A stretch of DNA of 64,000 nt, from assembly GCF_036365525.1 (NCBI RefSeq), contig NC_090412.1, forward strand, positions 16,901,923 through 16,965,922, given 5' to 3'. The DNA comes from Heterodontus francisci. Lineage: Eukaryota. The position numbers were made by a program, and so were the translations under genes. The notes below the pieces were generated by a model, which had not been told where the DNA came from, ran no database searches, and saw only the letters and a list, made by a program, of their open reading frames with translations. Below, piece after piece: positions 37,016 to 51,489 of the stretch (its first letter is position 1; each line of letters starts with the position of its first letter).

Positions 37016-37447
37016 ATGTGTTTTTTTTCTCTTCCCTCCCTTACCAATTTTCTCTTCACTCCAGAATGCACCAACAATGTGTACTTACACAGCAACATTA
37101 ATGTCCAAATTTCTCCATAAAGTGTGAAGAATGAGTACTGTACAGGGAGAAGTGTTAGGAGAGATGGCCAAAATCAAGTCAATCAAGGATAGGGAAGTAA
37201 TAGTAAGACAGAGGAGTCTGCGAAGTGAATTCCAGAGTGCAGGGATGTGATGGCTGAAGGCTCTGCCACCAAATGTGGATCGGGAGGCAGGTGGGAAGGA
37301 TAACTGGGATAAACAGTTGGAGGAGGTTGCAGAATAGAGGAGAGCAAAGCCAAGCAGGAATTTATAAACAAGGAAGAGGATTTTTCAATTCATATTTTCT
37401 GGAAAACAAGGAGCCAGAGAAGGCTAGTGAGGTCGGTGGTGATAAAC

Positions 37448-37587
37448 GAGTAGGACGTGATATGGGATAGGGTGTGCGTGGTAAAGTTTTGGAGGAGTAG
37501 GACGTGATATGAGATAGGGTGTGCGTGGTAAAGTTTTGGAGGAGTAGGACGTGATATGAGATAGGGTGTGCGTGGTAAAGTTTTGGA
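37448..37587. repeat. 3 x 47-bp tandem repeat within an L2 remnant
   Basis: gagtaggacgtgatatgagatagggtgtgcgtggtaaagttttggag starting at 37448, 37495 and 37542. Confidence 0.9.
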
Positions 37588-38468
37588 TTCCTTGTTAGGT
37601 ATGGTTTCCTGGACACTGGTAAATAATAGTTTTTTGTGTAACGTATCAGTTTTGACAGGAAGTGTTGGCGGACTATTCCACAATGGAGACATCAAAGGCA
37701 AGCTCAATCCTGTCTTAACCAGATGATGCACACATGCACTCCCAACAGGGATGACATGAATAGTGGCTAGAAACAGGAAACCTGAACAATTTTCCTCTGC
37801 TTAACCCAGAAGAGCTGAGGTAAATCGTCGCATCCTTATGACTGCTCTGTTTATCTGTGCACATAAATCATTAAAGGTCACCAATGAAAAATACAGATGT
37901 CGATATTGCATGCAAAATTCCAGTGCAATTATGCAGGAAAAGTGGTTCACAGTTATCGTGATCTGGATGATGAAAAATAAAATCAGAAAAATGGACAGCA
38001 TGAAGACAGTCATTACATTTTGCAAATCCTCACATGCTGAGGTTTGTCTGTGCTGGGACATCTAAACAGCTGCAAAAAGAATTATTTTCCAGAGGAAGGA
38101 AAATTAAAATAGGGCACTTTTGCACATTTTCAAATGACTAAAGACACAAGCATCAATGCACCGAGTTCTATACCTCCTTGCATTTCTACCTGCCCTGTCA
38201 ATCAAGGTGGATACCCAGATTTGAGCCAAAGAAAGGGACGTAGAATCTTATAAATAAATGACGCGAATACCGATCAATGGTTTGATCATCCAAAGAGAAA
38301 TGATCTAAACGTAGTGTTTATCCTAAGTTAAACGTAACTATTCCAGGACACTTATTGCCAAGAGTATATTATAAAACAAAACCTTGCCATCCAGGCTATG
38401 TGCAAATGCAATATTCAGACCTGAGATGAACTTTTATGATGAATCAAAGGTTGTGAAACTATTCTTAC

Positions 38469-38550
38469 TTGAACTTCTGCTGTTTATTGAGTGTGAAAAG
38501 TAGGTAATCTGCAATTACTTCTTCTCCTACTAAATGGTCCAATATAGTTC
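38469..38550 (-). CDS. MTG1: MTG1 exon 9 (GTILDHLVGEEVIADYLLFTLNKQQKF)
   Basis: AG/GTAAGA boundaries, 82 nt. Confidence 0.95.
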
Positions 38551-38564
38551 CTGTGGAAAATACG

Positions 38565-38975
38565 GAAGAACATTTACATTTATATAGCACTTTTCAAATT
38601 CTCGTGACATCCCATAGCAGTTCACTGCCAATAAATTACTTTAAAAATGTAGCCACACTAAACACAGCAAGATCCCAAAAACAGCAATGAGATGAATCAC
38701 CCGGTAATTTTCCTTGGTGCTGTTGATCGAGGGATAAATATTGGTTAACCACTAGGAAAACTCCCCTGCTCTTCTTCGAATAGTACCATGGGATCTTTTA
38801 CGTCCACCTGATAGGGCAAAAAGGACCTTCGGTTTAACGGCTCATCTGAAAGATGGTACTTCTGGCAGTGCAGCATTCCCTCAGTACAGCACTGAAAAAG
38901 TGTTCAAGTCTCTAGAGTGGTGTTTGGACCCAAAATCATCCAGATGGCAGCAAGGGTGCTACCACTGAGCTCAGC
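38565..38975 (-). mobile_element. DeuSINE/SacSINE1-like SINE abutting the exon 9 acceptor
   Basis: ctcccctgctcttcttcgaatagtaccatgggatctttt core. Confidence 0.65.
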
Positions 38976-39979
38976 TTTCGATTGGAAATGGGAGGAAGAA
39001 ATTTGGTATATTGCAACTTTAGAGTTATAGCCACTAAGAGTTAAGGACAGGAATGTGACATATGCCTTTTTGAGTTACAAGGACCATGATTTTCAACTCT
39101 TCATAAACCTTTATTGTAATGTCCAGTGCTATACTTTGAGTGTTTGCTGTGGCATTTTACTTTGATGTATTGAGATGTTCACTGTGTATAAAAATACAAT
39201 TGAAGAGTAGTTTTATATTATTGCCTTGTCAAACATACTCTCATACTTCAGTTGCAGACACATTTTAGTTCCAAGATGCTTTTAAACGCGAGGTTTTACA
39301 GCACAAGTTGTGACAGTTGTTCAGAGGAATATATTGATAATACTGACTCCACAGCTACTTTAGCAATGGATAACGAGTCATTCAGTTATGTCTGGAATTA
39401 AACGATGATCTGTTTAATTACCCAAAGACTTGGAATTGTCATCCAGTGGCAAATATTTTCTCATTATTGCAAGAGATGATGTATTTACGCCAGGAGATAT
39501 GGTCGTTGACAAAGTTACAGAAAGCAACCAAAATTGTCTAAATTTATGTGGCTGTGAAGGATTACATTAGACTAACTTATACGGTTAAAGCTAATTAGCA
39601 AATAGCTCTAACTTGTTAAGAATAATCAGGGAATTAAGGGTTACATGGGGGTTTATGTTTGAGGATGTTATTTACAATGACTGCCATTTGTATGGAAGTC
39701 TGATGAGAATCTATTTGTGAACAAGCTCTTCCCATATTTTAATAACTTTACTGTAGTTATTTTTCTTAGTTATGGATTTGGTCCTATGTAATTCTTTTTG
39801 TTTCAATCCAACCTACTGCATGCAATGGTTCAACTGTACATATCATTGTTACTGCACATTATTTTAAAGCATAGATTGTTTAGTTGCTAAGTCCAGGATC
39901 TTAGCCTGGAGGCTTTTTTTTGGAACAGAACAATGGGTACAGAACATTATGTGCACAGAAAAGTTTTTCCATCCGAATA

Positions 39980-40078
39980 TTCTGATGAAAGGTTACTGAC
40001 CTGCAACATTAACTCTGCTTCTCTTTCCAAAGATGCTGCCAGACCTGCTGAGTATTTCCAGCACTTTCTGTTTTTATT
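39980..40078 (+). mobile_element. Short Penelope-like 3' fragment with decayed hammerhead motif
   Basis: CTGATGA...gacctgcaacattaactctgcttctctttcc...acctgctgagtatttccagc. Confidence 0.75.
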
Positions 40079-40629
40079 TATTATCTAATATTCCTTTACT
40101 TTGTCTTGGGTCCCTGCCTACACCATTCCCTGGTCCCAAGATAGAAAAGTGACCTGTTCCTCAGCTTCTGCCAGCAGGAGATGGGGAACCTGGGATAAGC
40201 TGTTGAGGTTACAATCAGATCAGCCATGATCTTGTTAAATAATAGAGCAGGGTCAAGTGGCCTACTCCTGCTCCTAAATTACACTCCCTTTCTATGGGGA
40301 ATTAATTTTTGTCTCCATTGGCACAGTAAGATTATGAGTTTTGGAAACATGGAGTTGAAATTGTGTTATATCACTCTATGGCTAACACACTGGGGGTTTA
40401 ACATTGTTCTGTCTGCAAAACATGGTTTTAGCTTTTAGTCCCTTGAAGGCTAATGGAATTTCACTAGTTACTGTACAAGCCCAATGCTGAATAAAAACAC
40501 TTCCCTGTGTGCACTTTTAATATATTAACTTCATAAGAGTTAGTAATTCACAATTATTTCCATAATAATGTTAACTATTTTATACAGGCTCCAGTTAACA
40601 AAAATACATGGGCAGAACACAGAACTTAC

Positions 40630-40726
40630 CACACAGTGCCAGCTTCATGCCAACTTCCAAGCTTTCTACGTGTGGAGAAAAGACGCCAGGAGTATCTAAT
40701 AAATATATGAGGGGTCTCTCGCAGAC
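40630..40726 (-). CDS. MTG1: MTG1 exon 8 (VCERPLIYLLDTPGVFSPHVESLEVGMKLALC)
   Basis: G3 motif DTPG; 97 nt. Confidence 0.97.
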
Positions 40727-43700
40727 CTGTGGAAACATGCATTGATAAACACTTGTCATTCCCTTACTGAAGGGCAAGGAAAGGTGACAAAAAAAAACTT
40801 GGCCTACATTCGAGGGCGTTGAATCTCTAGCTGCTGCCTGTGTGACAATGCACACTTCATTTTTGGGCTGAAAAGATAGGAATGCAATCCAAAGGAACTA
40901 TTAATAGCACAGACTGATCAAAAATCAGGCCACAGCAAACTGAAATTTTTAGCTGTTCTTCAGGAGAGGCCATTACAATGACGCATCCATTTACTGGCAT
41001 AAACCTTTACTTTAGGAAGCTGTTCCATAATGACTGGGCAAATTAAAGAGGCCCACTCCTCTCCACGTCTTCATGATATAATACCATCAGTGATTTTTAT
41101 CTACTGTCAATTCTTATAGGCCTCAACAACAAAGTTACTTGTAAAAACATTTTCTTCTTTCAAGAATTCGCTAATGAACTGCAGTGAGCACTAAAGGGCG
41201 GGGGTGACCGTGGCAGCTTCAAGCATGGCCATTTCACCACAAAAACTGGCTCAAGGGTAAACTAAATAATAGAACTGTTTGAGAACTTCTACATGACCAC
41301 AACTGGCTGGCAGAATAGGGTCAACACTAACCAATAATAAACATTAAAAACACAGCATTCTTTTATCTGTTGGTAAATCATACTCCCAAAATTGCTTTAA
41401 TAGTAAAGGTTACCTACAGCAAGGGATTTCAGGAATCAAGGAGTTCACTTTGATACTAAAGGCTTAATTTTTGCTGAAAACTATACCAATGATACACATC
41501 AGTTACAGTGCAGTAGACAGTACTCCAGCATATAAAAAGAGTGCAGGTTGAATGCTTACAGAGCTTCTGCCTTCATTGAAACAGTGACTTGATCTCTTGT
41601 AGGTGTCAAATGAATCAGACAGCTAGCTTAAGGGAACTAACTAACTCAGCTTTAGCTGTGGATGACAGCGTCTCATCACTGCCAGCCTCAGTACCCTCTC
41701 CAAACTCCCTGCACAAGCTCTCAGCTACATCACACATTTCCTTGCAACCTGCCATCATTAACATTGATTATTTTGGTAAATAACTTAATATTGTTCCTGG
41801 TTTTTAAAATGGAACTGTAAAGATGGTGGTTGATTCCTGCTGGTGGATCTTGTACAGCTATGGGAGCTCTGCTTACATACTTCATGGGACAAGAATGAAG
41901 AATTTCGGGTGGTGGCAGGAGGGGAGGGGAAGGTTTAGAGCTCTGAAAGTGTTAAATTTTGCAAAAAGGAGAATATACAAAACTTCCTACTACCACCAGA
42001 GGTCTCAATCTCACTTTATGTCAATTCATTTATAAATGAACCCTATATATGCATTACACAATCTTTCTCATTTCAAAAAAAATCAATGATCTGACTTCAG
42101 TCTTTTCCAATATGAACACTAATAGAGTGGTGGTTCCCATTTTTCTTCTCTAAGGTGAAGACCTAATTTTTTGTTTGGTATCCAATGCCAGCCTTTAAAA
42201 ATTCACCCAACTGGAAGCAAGTGGGTTTTAAGCTGCTTTCATACCATTGCCTAGCTCTCAGGAGAGCATCCCAAGCGTTCAGCACTCCTACATTTATGTC
42301 CAAATTGTGCAACCAGTGTCCACGTGACCTTGCGACAAAGAGAATCTTCCTCTCTAACACTTGCAAAGTACTGGCATCATGATTTCAGCAAGAAGGGGCA
42401 CCATGATGGTCAAATCTCCAAGGCATGCACCACAATATGACTGCCTTGAATCGGACTGCACATCAGGTCATACATTTACCGCGCTAGCCACACCGGTGGC
42501 AACTGAGAAGATCTATAAAAAAAAACAAGGTTTGCTGGAGAGAGATCTTAACTAATCTAATGAATTCGGTTCCAATTGCTGTGTGAGACCTGTGCAATCT
42601 GAGCTGTTGGCAGAAGAGGAATAGAAAAGTAGAAGAAGAATCAGTCAGTCCTGAATTTTGAGCCTGATGCAGTCTGGCTGAATGCCAAATGCTTTGACAG
42701 CCACTTGCATAACAAGACTATAGTTTAGTGCTTACAAACTCTAAGGTGCAATTTAGATTCCCAAGTTTTAACAGAGCTGTCAGTTCTTATATTGAACTGA
42801 CGGCTGATGGCTTTATCAGAAAATACTGCTTTCTTTCGTAAATGTTACAAATTTAATCTCTCTTCTTGAGTGGATAGATAGATGTTTAAAATACATTTGA
42901 GCATGAAATATTCAGTTGGAGCGTAGCAACAATCATTTTCTTTTGATACTCAAAATTGTTTCTGTATTCAATTAGCTCTATGAATCAGTACAATTAACAT
43001 GACATAGCCAGCTGCACAAGAATCTCTCTCAGATTATAGCAGCAAGACTTTGCCACCATAATCATTTCAGTCCTGTCCAGCATTTTGATATACAGAATTC
43101 CATTCATGCACAAAAATCTTTGCACCACAGATATCACACATAAATCTTTTGTTTTTCTGTATGATTGATGATTAATTCTTCAGTGCTCTCGCACTGTATT
43201 TCCGGCTGTCAGTGGGAATATTGAAGATACAGCCAAGGTTGCCAATGATGCTTTCACCAGCTGAAGTCAGCTACACGCCCAATCTGTTAATTATATCACA
43301 AAAGGCTGTGTGCAGACAGGGCACCTATTTACATGAATATATTTGTATTGCACAGTCGCAACTGCCCTACCCCACTATGAGTTGAAAGAGACTTTTGCTT
43401 GATTAAGAATAAATGGGATTCTTTTTCTCTTTCTTGTCTCACATTTCTCTCCCTTCCAAATTCCTGTCAACTACAATTGAAATCAGTTTTGGCCAAACTA
43501 TAGTGCACAGATTTGGAATAGGAGCCAAGCAAGCCAGATGTGACTTGCAGGCTGCACAGGTCTTTAGTATAGCACACTGCTCAAACAATACTGAATATAG
43601 AATTGGGTGTTTTTTTGATGGCAATACTGAAAAGCTTACACATCCTGAATGAAATAGGATAAACCTGTGTCCAAAATACACGAGGCATAATCATTTAAAC

Positions 43701-44224
43701 TGAACCAGGAAAACTCTCTAGAGTTACTGCAAACTAAAATGTCAATGTTCAACAGATCAGAAATGAAAGTAGAGTTTGAACAAATAGTGTGATTTTCTTT
43801 ACAGAACCAGTTTTAGAGGCAGGGACCATTCAACTTACACTTCAATGACAACACCACTGCATCCTGGCAATATTGCATTACATCATACTATTGTGTACGA
43901 TAAGTTTAATCCTCAGCCTAGCTATCGCACACAGACTATCTACTACAGGTGGGGGAAACAAACAGTATTCTCATTTGTAAATCTGTGGTGGCAATATTGC
44001 CTACTCTCTTAGTAGAGAGAGACAAAAACATTCAAATGCAAGAGAAAGAATTATAGCCTATGTGATATATATCATCTCCATCAGATATTTTTTGCAGTTC
44101 AGGAAGCTGGCACTGTGAAAATCACCTGCAATATACGATCAATAACATTTGAAATGAATGTTCATATGTAACTTACCTATTTAGTTTTAATTACTTACTC
44201 AATGCATTGTATAAACATAATAGA

Positions 44225-44880
44225 TGATGGCTGCTCACAATTTTTATTTTATTCATACATGGGATGTGGGTGTCGCTGGTTAGGCCAGCATTTATGTCCA
44301 TCCCTAATTGCCTTCGAGAAGGTGGTGGTGAGTTGCCTTTTTGAACCGCTGCAGTCCATGTGGGGTAGGTACACCCACAGTGCTGTTAGGAAGGGAGTTC
44401 CAAGATTTTGACCCAGCGACAGTGAAGGAACAGCGATATAGTTCCAAGTCAGGATGGTGTGAGGTTTGGAGGTGGTAGTGTTCCCATGCGTCTGTTGCCC
44501 TTGTCCTTCTAGATGGTAGAGGTCACGGGTTTGGGAGGAGCTGTGGAAGAAGTCTTGGTGAGTTGTTACAGTGCATCTTGTAGATGGTACACACTGCTGC
44601 CACTGTGTGTCAGTGGCGAAGGGAGTGAATGTTGAAGGTGGTGGATGGAGTACTTATCAAGTGGGCTGCTTTGTCCTTGATAGTGTTGAGCTTCTTGAGT
44701 GTTGTTGGAGTTGCACCCATCCAGGCAAGTGGAGAGCATTCCATCACACTCCTGACTTGTGCCTTGTAAATGGGGGACAGGCTTTGGGGAGTCAGGAGGT
44801 GAATTACTTGCCATAGAATTCCCAGCCTCTGATCTACTCTTGTAGCCACAGTACTTATGTGGCTGGTCCAGTTCAATTTT
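44225..44880 (-). mobile_element. CR1-clade LINE 3' fragment
   Basis: LLTPQSLSPIYKAQVRSVMECSPLAW motif. Confidence 0.8.
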
Positions 44881-45079
44881 TTTGATATAATTTATATCCT
44901 TACTTGTGGCATTGACCATGACTCACTAACTACTCCAGTAATCAGGCCAGGGTATTTGTAGATTGCAAATTATATCTGACAACACCTTATCAAGTGTCCT
45001 GTACTTACATAGGAACAAAGGGAGCCTCCAAAATATCGGCTGCAAGTAAAATTATTTTCAACACTTCGTTTACATTTAC

Positions 45080-45141
45080 CTGAATCTTTGTGAGGACGGC
45101 TCTGGTCACCCCTGGTTCCCCACCAACCCTGGAGGCTTTGC
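45080..45141 (-). CDS. MTG1: MTG1 exon 7 (GKASRVGGEPGVTRAVLTKIQ)
   Basis: G2 motif PGVT; 62 nt. Confidence 0.96.
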
Positions 45142-45274
45142 CTTAAAAAAAAACCCATGAAAAACAATTAGCCAATGCTGAGCAACTCTGCTGCCTGTGA
45201 AAGCAGAAGCATCATTAGAATATAAATAATGAAAGGCACAACAAAGGGCACGTCGAACATCAGCCATGTCTTCA

Positions 45275-45900
45275 ACAACAACTTACATTTATTTTGCGCA
45301 TTTAAAATAATAAGATGTCCCAAGGCATTTCACAGGAGCATTATCACAGAAAATTTGGCACGGAGACACATACAGAGCTATTAGGGCAGGTGACCAAAGC
45401 TGAATCAAAAGAGGTAGGTCTTAAGGAGTATCTTTAAAGAGGAGAGAGAGGAAAGGTTTAGGGAGGGATTTCCAGAGTTTAGGGCCTCGACAGCTTAAGG
45501 CATGGCTATCAATTGAGGAGTTATTAAAATAGGGGATGTGCAAGGGGTCAGAATTGGAGTGCAAAGATCTGGGAGGGTCATAAGGCTGGTGGAGGTTACA
45601 GAGATAGGGAGGGCGAGGCCATGGAACGATATGAAAATTTTATATTTGAGGTGTTTCTGGAACAGAAGCTGATGCAGGTCAGTGAACACAGGGGTGATGG
45701 GTGAACGGGACTTGGTGTGTGTCTGGATACGGGCAGTAGAGTTTTGGATGAGCTCAAGATTATGGGGGATCAAAGATGAAAGGCCAGCCAGGAGCACTGA
45801 AATAGCCAAGTCTAAGGCATGAATGAGTAGGGGTAGGAGGCTGAACAGGCGATGTTAGAGGTGGAAACAGGCAGTGTTGGTGATGGCATGAATATGTGGT
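45275..45900 (-). mobile_element. L2-type LINE 3' fragment
   Basis: LELIQNSTARIQTHTKSRSPITPVFTDLH motif. Confidence 0.8.
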
Positions 45901-46762
45901 TGGAAGGAAGGAAGGTCTGTGGTGAGGGGAGGAGGGTGAGCTACAGTGAGCGATCTGGTGCTTTCCCAGATGACAAGGGTTTAAAAAAAAAGTCTAGGCG
46001 CGACAGTTCAGACCACTGGAACAACTCCAAGTGGTTGGTTTGGTAGCAGCATTACTGGAGGTCTGGGAAAACGATCCCACTCAGTGATCAGGAGAAGCTG
46101 CATGCTGGAAAGTCACCACACTTCAGGCAGAGGTGTTAAACAGAGGGCCAGGTAAACGGAACAGTCATCCTGGGACACTGTCATAGCGGACATTTCAAAA
46201 TGGTATGTGTGCATGCTGCCCATGTTACCTGCTGAGGATAATGTTTCACACAAGCCCCAAGAAACAGGAGAGAGAAAACATCATTATAAAAAGAAATGTC
46301 CAATAATGTTTCCAAAAAAAAAAAATCACTGGCTGGCTAACTTTCAACCATGTTGCACTTTTGAGGCCAACTATTATAGGGCAAGTTCTATGTCTCTAGC
46401 AGGGGAGCCATACCTAAAGGGAGTTTAAGTCAAAGACAGGGCCACAACACTGTAGCTCCAATTCTCCAACCCACAATCCTTGAGAGTGCAGTTCCCCACT
46501 GGAGGCTGGACATTGCCTTATGCAGTGTGGCCCTGGGTCTTTAACCCATAGCATTCACTTAGCCTCAGACCCTATTGTTCACTCAAATCTGTGATGAATT
46601 CTTGAAAATAACTCAGCAAATCAAAAAGAAAACACAGGCCTACAGCTTCACATGCATATAGTCAGACAGCAGATTCAGTGAGCGCTGTTGTCAACAGTAA
46701 TTTCTGCACATAATCAGACAGTTATATGCCATATGCAAGAAGCTTGGAGAAATATACCACAC

Positions 46763-46853
46763 CCTTCTTTAAATACATTCTTCGCATGGCATTAATGAGG
46801 GACGACTTCCCAACGTTTGGTACACCGATTACCATCAAGCAATACTCCAGGTT
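46763..46853 (-). CDS. MTG1: MTG1 exon 6 (NLEYCLMVIGVPNVGKSSLINAMRRMYLKK)
   Basis: P-loop GVPNVGKS; 91 nt. Confidence 0.97.
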
Positions 46854-47522
46854 CTATAGGGAAACAAGACAAAATGACAATATTTCTCATTACCAGGTGT
46901 TCTAAATGACTGACTGCACCCTAATTCTAAACGATCGTGCTTGCACATACTAGATGTTCTATCAATGTAACTTAAACTTACTAGTTAGTACAGAAATCCA
47001 ACACAATGGTGACCTGATTGATTAAATATTTAGAATTTATAACTATCATGAGAAAAGCCAATTCCCTCGAGTATTCCAAGTTTATTATAGCATTTGACCT
47101 CATTCTCAATCTCCCTAATGATTTTGCATCCATTGCCCTGACTAGTAAACTTTTCTAAAAATTTATTACTGTTCTTAACAGCTGTTATAAAACCTATTTC
47201 TCACTCTTTTAAACTTATGTCCTGCTTTCTTGGTTTAAAAGAACACCAATCAGAATGTTTCTACTGAATAGCAGTGCACACAGAGACTCATCAATCTACA
47301 AGTAGATCAGTGTGATGAACAGGGAATTTCAATCACAATTCTAAGAAAGTCGATGTATTTTTACATCTATGCACAGGAAATTGATGGTCATTTCAGATTT
47401 TGGTCACTTACAAGCCATGGTTGAATTGGGGGAAGAATTTATTTCCTTAGTACATGATTAGGAACTGCATTCTATATGTGTCTATAGGTTCCACCTCACA
47501 CGATATGTTTTGCAGGCCTGCT

Positions 47523-47660
47523 GAATGTTCCCTTTAATATTTTGCTGTTGTGCATGACACCTTTAAATTTTTTTTGCATGGCAGTGAACGAGTGGTATTT
47601 AACATGGATCAAGGCCTGTGTTGCACTTTCCAGGCTCTGCACAGTTTAGCAGGAACATTC
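47523..47660. mobile_element. Possible small MITE
   Basis: Terminal inverted repeat GAATGTTCC...GGAACATTC; no clear TSD. Confidence 0.4.
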
Positions 47661-47876
47661 CCCACCATCCACCACTACTCCTGCAGCTCTCTGGCGACTT
47701 CCATGTCCCTGAACACACATGTACTGTTGTCTGTACCCTCTGTGATTCAGAATCACGTGGGTTATGTGCAACAGCTTGCGCGTGAGTTTGTTACATGCAG
47801 CACACACGTGAGCTGGACGTTCTGACATTAAGCCACTGAATGCATATGATAAACAGTAACGACTCAAGCTGCTTAC

Positions 47877-47933
47877 CTCTGCTCTATGAAACCGGTCGCT
47901 TTTCCGAATGAGCTCTGTAACAGTAGGAACAAT
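47877..47933 (-). CDS. MTG1: MTG1 exon 5 (IVPTVTELIRKSDRFHRAE)
   Basis: AG/GTAAGC boundaries, 57 nt. Confidence 0.93.
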
Positions 47934-49468
47934 CTGCCAAAAATCCAAAAGCACCAATTAATAAGGTAAAACCCTAAACAGGTAATACATCTTAGGGAAA
48001 TTACTTTTAATTCTGATGAAACAACACTCTTTCTGCTGCCCTGCTAAATATCAAAGGGTGTTACATGGATGTTTCAAATGTGGCTCACAAAAACATACTC
48101 AGGCACTTGGATGGGTTTTGGGCAAAGTATTCCTTTTGTTGCTACCTGTGAACTCTATTCTTAATAAAATAATAATCTGTGAGCCTGGCAGTCTGAAACT
48201 ATTCTGGCTGGACAGTGACTTGGTATAGGAGTAACAGGCAATCAGTTTCCTATAATGGAAAAGTAACTGATACAAATATGACACTCCTGTGTGGTTGCTT
48301 TTTTGTATAATATATAAACTCTACTTGGGGATTTCTGTTTTTGGCAAAGTTATTTATAGGCTGTAATAAAATAATCCTGGCAACATCTCTTAGGATAACC
48401 TGTAGTTTGTATTTGCCTGCGACGATTTGATAATTCAAACGCTGTCATATTGCACGTTCTCGGTTACTGCAAAGCAAGAATCGCAGAGTAACTACAGTCA
48501 AGGCAACATCTGTTCACTGTTTGGGGACAGGGACAAGACTGCCTCAGGAGTAGGCATTGCATTCGTTCAGCTTTGTAACAGAATACAAAGACCAGTACAA
48601 CACTGCCTTTTAATTTAAAGTTTAAAAAGGGAACAGGCAATCCATTAGAATACTTTGCAGTTTGTACGACTGTAACTTTCCCATCAGCTTTTCTTTTATA
48701 TATGGTAGGAATTTCACCGTGGAGAAACAGCGGTGATTGGAATGCTGCACACACTGTGAAATATCTATGGACAGGGTTATGTTTTTCCAACAGAATGGTG
48801 CAAGCAGACAGTAGAATTCCATGTTATCCATCTGACCTTCTCGAAAGTCAGGGAACAGTGGTAAAACAGAACCTGTTTTCTTTACTGAACAAACCAATTC
48901 AACTGACAAGAAATCTTGTCTGTTTCATTATGAAATTTGAGGTGCATTTGGAATCTGCAGCTAAAAGTGCCACCAGTGTTAAAAAGTGTAGCTCTGTTGT
49001 GCAAATACAGACTACAAGGATGTCATATGCAAAGTTAGTTTCAGCAGCTGGGATTTTCCACTTTGCTGGAATACTGCCATATCTGCAATGGGGGCGAGAT
49101 TTCCAGTTACCTGTTTCTCCCAGTGCTGACACTGGCCAATATGGTGGGCTTGGGCAGGATGCTTGGCTGCCACAGGTAGTTCAGCATGGGAGGAGGGAGC
49201 AAAGGCCATCTCCAGGTCAGTTAAGGGAGGTCAAGTTTTAGGTTAAGCTTTTAAATGAAGCAGGGTTCAAGAGGGTAATCACTGTTGAATGAATGGCCAT
49301 AGTAACACTGGCTGTCATTCCATATTTGGGTGGATATCCTTAATGGCCAGCATCACTTCCAGAGGTAAAATCCTGGAGGAGGGACTGACCGCCAGGGAGC
49401 TAGCAGAATGGCACCCCGGCAGATTATCCAGCTCTGCCCATCCTTTCAATTGCAGGTTCAGAACTTAC

Positions 49469-49555
49469 TTTCTTTACGTGTACATCCCTCTCCCGTAAGC
49501 AATCTGTGAAGAGGACATTTTGGATTCCTTGTTGTTCCAACTGTCTCAGGATTTG
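49469..49555 (-). CDS. MTG1: MTG1 exon 4 (QILRQLEQQGIQNVLFTDCLRERDVHVKK)
   Basis: AG/GTAAGT boundaries, 87 nt. Confidence 0.92.
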
Positions 49556-50526
49556 CTACATAATAAACAGAGAATGATCTCCTTGTGAATGTTAAATAAT
49601 CGTAAAGAATACGGTGGAAAAATGATTCATAGCATCGCTAATGCGTGGTCATACTTATATCTGGCTTCAGTCAAATGCTAACTTTTAATCTCCAACACAC
49701 AATGCAATGCTTCTCAAAACTAAGACCACCAAATACAGTGTTCACATCTGCAGTTGTGCTCTGCTGGGGACTCAGGGATTTTTCCTACAAAAGAGACTAC
49801 ACTTCAAAAATACTCTGTTGGTTATAAAGCATTTTAGGACATCCTGAGGACCTGATAGTCGTTATATAAACGCAAGTCTATCTGTCTTACTTTTATTGAC
49901 AATTCTTTCAGAAAGGAAGACTTGGCTCCCATTCTATAAGTTGCATTTGATTCTGGAATCCAGAAGAAAATAGTCATCATCCAATATATCCAGGGCACGG
50001 TTCATCTCAAATCTTATCGTCCATGAGATCCTACACTATTAACAGAATGATGACAAAGCTAACTCTATTTTCAACAAGTTTGAGAATTTTCACATTACAT
50101 TAATGCTACGATATTGTGTTTTAGTAAATACAATCTTGTTGCAGAGCTGCAGAACTGTAGATTATGGGCCCTGTGATTAGATCAGCATTGAGTTATGCAC
50201 TGACAGCCTTTCGGTATTCTCCATGTAACCTGTAGTGCTGCGGCCAGCTTCTTGTAGCTCAATTGGAAATAGTAAGTGCAGCAAGGTGGCAGAGTAAGGG
50301 GACTGCATCATAGAGTGCCATGGTTTGGGTTGATGCACACATGGCAAATTTCCAATTTCAGGAGGTCAATGTCAAACCATCACAGTTGTGGACCGTTCCG
50401 TAGGGAGCAAGCAAAAATCAGACGTGAGTCACCACAAATTTCTCTTACAATTTCCCCCCAATTAGAAATACAATTATCACATGGAAAAAGTGTAGTTAGT
50501 GCAATCTGCAACGCAGCTTGTTATAC

Positions 50527-50631
50527 CTGTTCATTTGTTAGATCAGCTAAATCCATTTTGTTTAGTACCAGTAGGTGTGGTCTGACACTCAAGGTCTCCT
50601 GAAACACAGGGTTACGTCCAGATAAAGGAAT
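50527..50631 (-). CDS. MTG1: MTG1 exon 3 (IPLSGRNPVFQETLSVRPHLLVLNKMDLADLTNEQ)
   Basis: G4 motif NKMD; AC acceptor with U12 branch site; 105 nt. Confidence 0.95.
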
Positions 50632-51099
50632 GTAATATTGATAGTCAAGGATTGTTATGTATAGAAATATGTTTTATAGCCACGAGGAAACTAAAACTTT
50701 AATTAAAGTCATCATGAACTGTATTAACCTTTTTTCTGCAGACACCTTTAAAAAAGTGTGACAATTGTAATCCATTCAAATTGTCTCTCTGGTGATACTG
50801 GAATATCCAAATCACTGATTTCTAACTTCCATAGGGGAAATCTCCCAGTGGATTTCATACAGATTGGGAAGTTCCGAGACTCCATCCATGGCTTTCGTTG
50901 AGTAAACTGATCTCAGCCAGGATTGTGGTAGCAGTGTCAATGGCTAAATAGCTTGCCAACATTATCAAGCCTCTTCCACAACAAGCCTTTGGGTGACGTA
51001 CAAGAGGGCACCTGTGGAACTGTACTTGGCAAAGAACCAATGTCCAGATAAGGAGGGGGCAGGGAGAGAATTGGTAAAAGCTAATATCAAAGGTTTTTG

Positions 51100-51420
51100 T
51101 ACAAGCTTGGCTGAGTTAGTAGCACTCTCAGCTCTGCTTCAGGTAGTCATGGCTTCAAGCCTCTCTCCTGGAACCCAGCACATTAAATAAGCTTCACTGA
51201 GGTTGTGCGGCACTCTGGATTATGCCTGATCAAGTGGATATTAAAAATCTTGTGGCACTAATTGAAGAGGAGCCAGGGAATTTTCCATGTCTTCAACAAT
51301 AAAGTTTCCTCAACTATCTAGTTAGTATTCTGTGGGATCTTGGTATACGCAAAATAGCTGCCACATTGGTCTACATAACATCAGGCATACAGTTCAAAAT
51401 AAGTTATTGAGATGTTTCTG
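51100..51420 (+). mobile_element. DeuSINE-like SINE, degraded
   Basis: ttggctgagttagtagcactctc head; aatcttgtggcactaattgaagaggagc core. Confidence 0.5.
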
Positions 51421-51489
51421 TGATGAATCACAAGTCTTCCTTTTCAATAAAACTTTGAAGCTGTGTGACACACACTATCTAAAGAGAGA

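Noticed and set aside
37448-37587. CRISPR-like repeats
   Set aside because: No spacers; eukaryotic tandem repeat
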